The position numbers were made by a program, and so were the translations under genes. Below, piece by piece: positions 62,378-64,000 of a stretch of DNA of 64,000 nucleotides. The notes below the pieces were generated by a model. It did no database searches, was not told where the DNA came from, and worked only from the letters and a program-made list of their open reading frames with translations. Position 1 is the first letter of the stretch. Each line of letters starts with the position of its first letter. Origin of the DNA: Marsupella aquatica (Eukaryota > Plantae > Marchantiophyta); NCBI GenBank assembly GCA_973895155.1, contig OZ316892.1, forward strand, positions 820,917 through 884,916. The letters are read 5' to 3'.

Positions 62378-63584
62378 TGTCGTAAAGAAATGAGTTTTGG
62401 AGTTAGAATACCTCACATAGAGTTTCTCACTCCATTAGACATTATTAAAAATTAAATAAAAATAAATAATGTGACTTTAAAGAGTAGTCATTTATAAATT
62501 ATTAGATATAATAGACCAAAAATATAGAATAGGTAAAAATAAAATAGTATACCAAAATAATAGTATACCAAAATAATAGTATACCAAATGAGTATAATAG
62601 GCCAAGATAATAGAATAGGACAAAAATAAGATAGTGTGCCAAAATAGTGGGCTAGCAAATTGTGGATAGTCCACTTTACAAAATAGTGGGCAAAAAAAGT
62701 GGGCTAGCAAATTGTGGATAGTCCACTTTACAAAACAGTGTGCTAAGATAGTGGGCAAAATAGTGGGCTAGCAAATTGTGGATAGTCCACTTTACAAAAT
62801 AGTGTGCTAAGATAGTGGGCAAAAAAGTGGGCTAGCAAATTGTGGGTGGTCAACATTTCAAAGTATAAATAGAAGGGAACTTGCTTCCCATAGAGCATTG
62901 TGTTCCCACTATTGAGAGTGGAGTTCATGGTTTGCCTTGATATAATGGAGGGCTATGCCACCGGTTTTCATGATGGAAGGAATTGAAGATTTTTCTTATG
63001 GTCATGGAGGGCTATGCCACCACTTGAGCACCTTAAGTTAAATACTCAAATCTGGTAAGGACGGCTATGTCGCCTGTATCAAGGATATATTATCAAAGGT
63101 TAACTTGTACCTTAGGTTTAGCTATTCCCATAGATTGTGAATGATGTTGCATGGGTTGCCAAGAGTGCATAGACCGCCGGGAGTGGTTGTCAACCCATTT
63201 TTGATTAGATTACATTGTTTAGATAAAAATGTAATGCGTCAAACGCTTATGTATCAGTTTGGTATAGATTTTGCCACCATGGTTATGAATTCAAATATTC
63301 CACTCATATATCCCGTAGTTACTTATGAAGAAGAGTGGGTGTGTACTATCTATATTTTATATTAGAAAAGATGGATTTGAATCAGGTCCCAAGTCCAATC
63401 TTAAATTTGATGTCTTCCTTGAGTCTAAAGATTATTGTGCGAAGGAAGATATTGTGTAGGGAAATCTTAATAAGAAAGTTTGGAGAAGAGTCGTATAATG
63501 TTATAGTATCTTCGGAAGAAGCTCTAATACTTTACGGGGATCATCCAAGGGGAACTTTAAGTATTTTTGTGCTTGTATAGTTCA
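62378..63584 (+). repeat. 3' LTR of the 47169 Gypsy, with four copies of GTGGGCTAGCAAATTGTGG
   Basis: First 188 bp match 47169-47356; internal repeats at 62640-62845; TATAAATA near 62864. End inferred from ..GTTCA and a composition change. Confidence 0.75.
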
Positions 63585-63599
63585 GGTGAGTAGGCGTAT

Positions 63600-64000
63600 T
63601 TGCACAGGCAGCAAGGCCCAGTGCCTCTTGAGTAGTTTAAAACCCCAAGATACCGCTAATGCCTGGCACGCTTGCCAGAGCCGCCTGAGTGGGAGCGGCT
63701 ATCCCGCTGCCTTCTGAGCCAGTCGGCGTCCTGCTTGAGTAGCTGGACCTGGTCCAGCAGAGATTCATTTTCCCGCTTCGCCGCGTCTGCCTCTTCCGCA
63801 GCCTTCTAGCATGCCTCCTCTAGTTGCTGGGTGTCGCTCGTCAGCTTGTCCACCAATTGGGCCTATTTAGTGGCTTCTCCTTGAAGCCGTGCCACTTCTG
63901 CCTTCAAGGCGTCAATCTCGGCTGTATCCCGCTGAGATCTGGAGTTAGCTTCCTCCATATCCTTTTGCCAACTAACGGCTTGCCCCTGCAAACCATCAAT
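63600..64000 (-). pseudogene. Coiled-coil ORF fragment of another retroelement, running off the window edge
   Basis: Minus frame WQKDMEEANSRSQRDTAEIDALKAEVARLQ..ENESLLDQVQLLK with in-frame stops. Confidence 0.35.

Larger units (their letters stand above)
47169..63584 (+). mobile_element. Ty3/Gypsy LTR retrotransposon interrupted by a CACTA element; 5' LTR and gag start partly deleted
   Basis: LTR start TGTCGTAAAGAAATGAG at 47169 and 62378 (match extends to 47356). gag knuckle CMWCDNKDHARRDC, PR LLDSGSEVN, RT DLYSGYDQ..TTM|RTSLG..LPQGATNS..FLDDI, RH, IN GHRG..CKVCQ..WVLDIV. The right end of the 3' LTR is approximate. Confidence 0.9.

Noticed and set aside
62640-62845. CRISPR-like spaced repeats (also 18340-18625 and 22345-22425)
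   Set aside because: Eukaryotic context, spacers are non-unique and irregular, no cas genes. These are ordinary LTR or MITE repeats.

Overview
This is eukaryotic, repeat-dense DNA, most likely from a non-seed land plant (bryophyte or fern type; inferred from the element lineages and the GT-AG introns). I see no intact host gene. The window is a nested stack of transposons. It holds two Bianca-like Copia elements, at least three Gypsy elements, a 9.2-kb Mutator-like element (about 390-bp TIRs, 10-bp TSD), a 9.9-kb CACTA element (ATG TSD) inserted into a Gypsy RT, two MITEs and a solo-LTR-like insertion. The main findings are chromatin or DNA-modifying genes inside this mobile DNA. (1) The CACTA element carries an intact SET-domain ORF that appears to share its first coding exon with the TnpD transposase, through two alternative in-frame splice acceptors. 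(2) A spliced ParB-like + beta-class N4C/N6A DNA methyltransferase pseudogene can be rebuilt once a 1.17-kb insertion is removed; an EDM2-like PHD pseudogene lies upstream. (3) The MULE carries an RPA1-C-like OB-fold gene convergent with its transposase, with a 167-bp near-perfect hairpin between them. (4) One Gypsy has a candidate -1 ribosomal frameshift signal between protease and RT. All calls were made by eye; no database searches were run.
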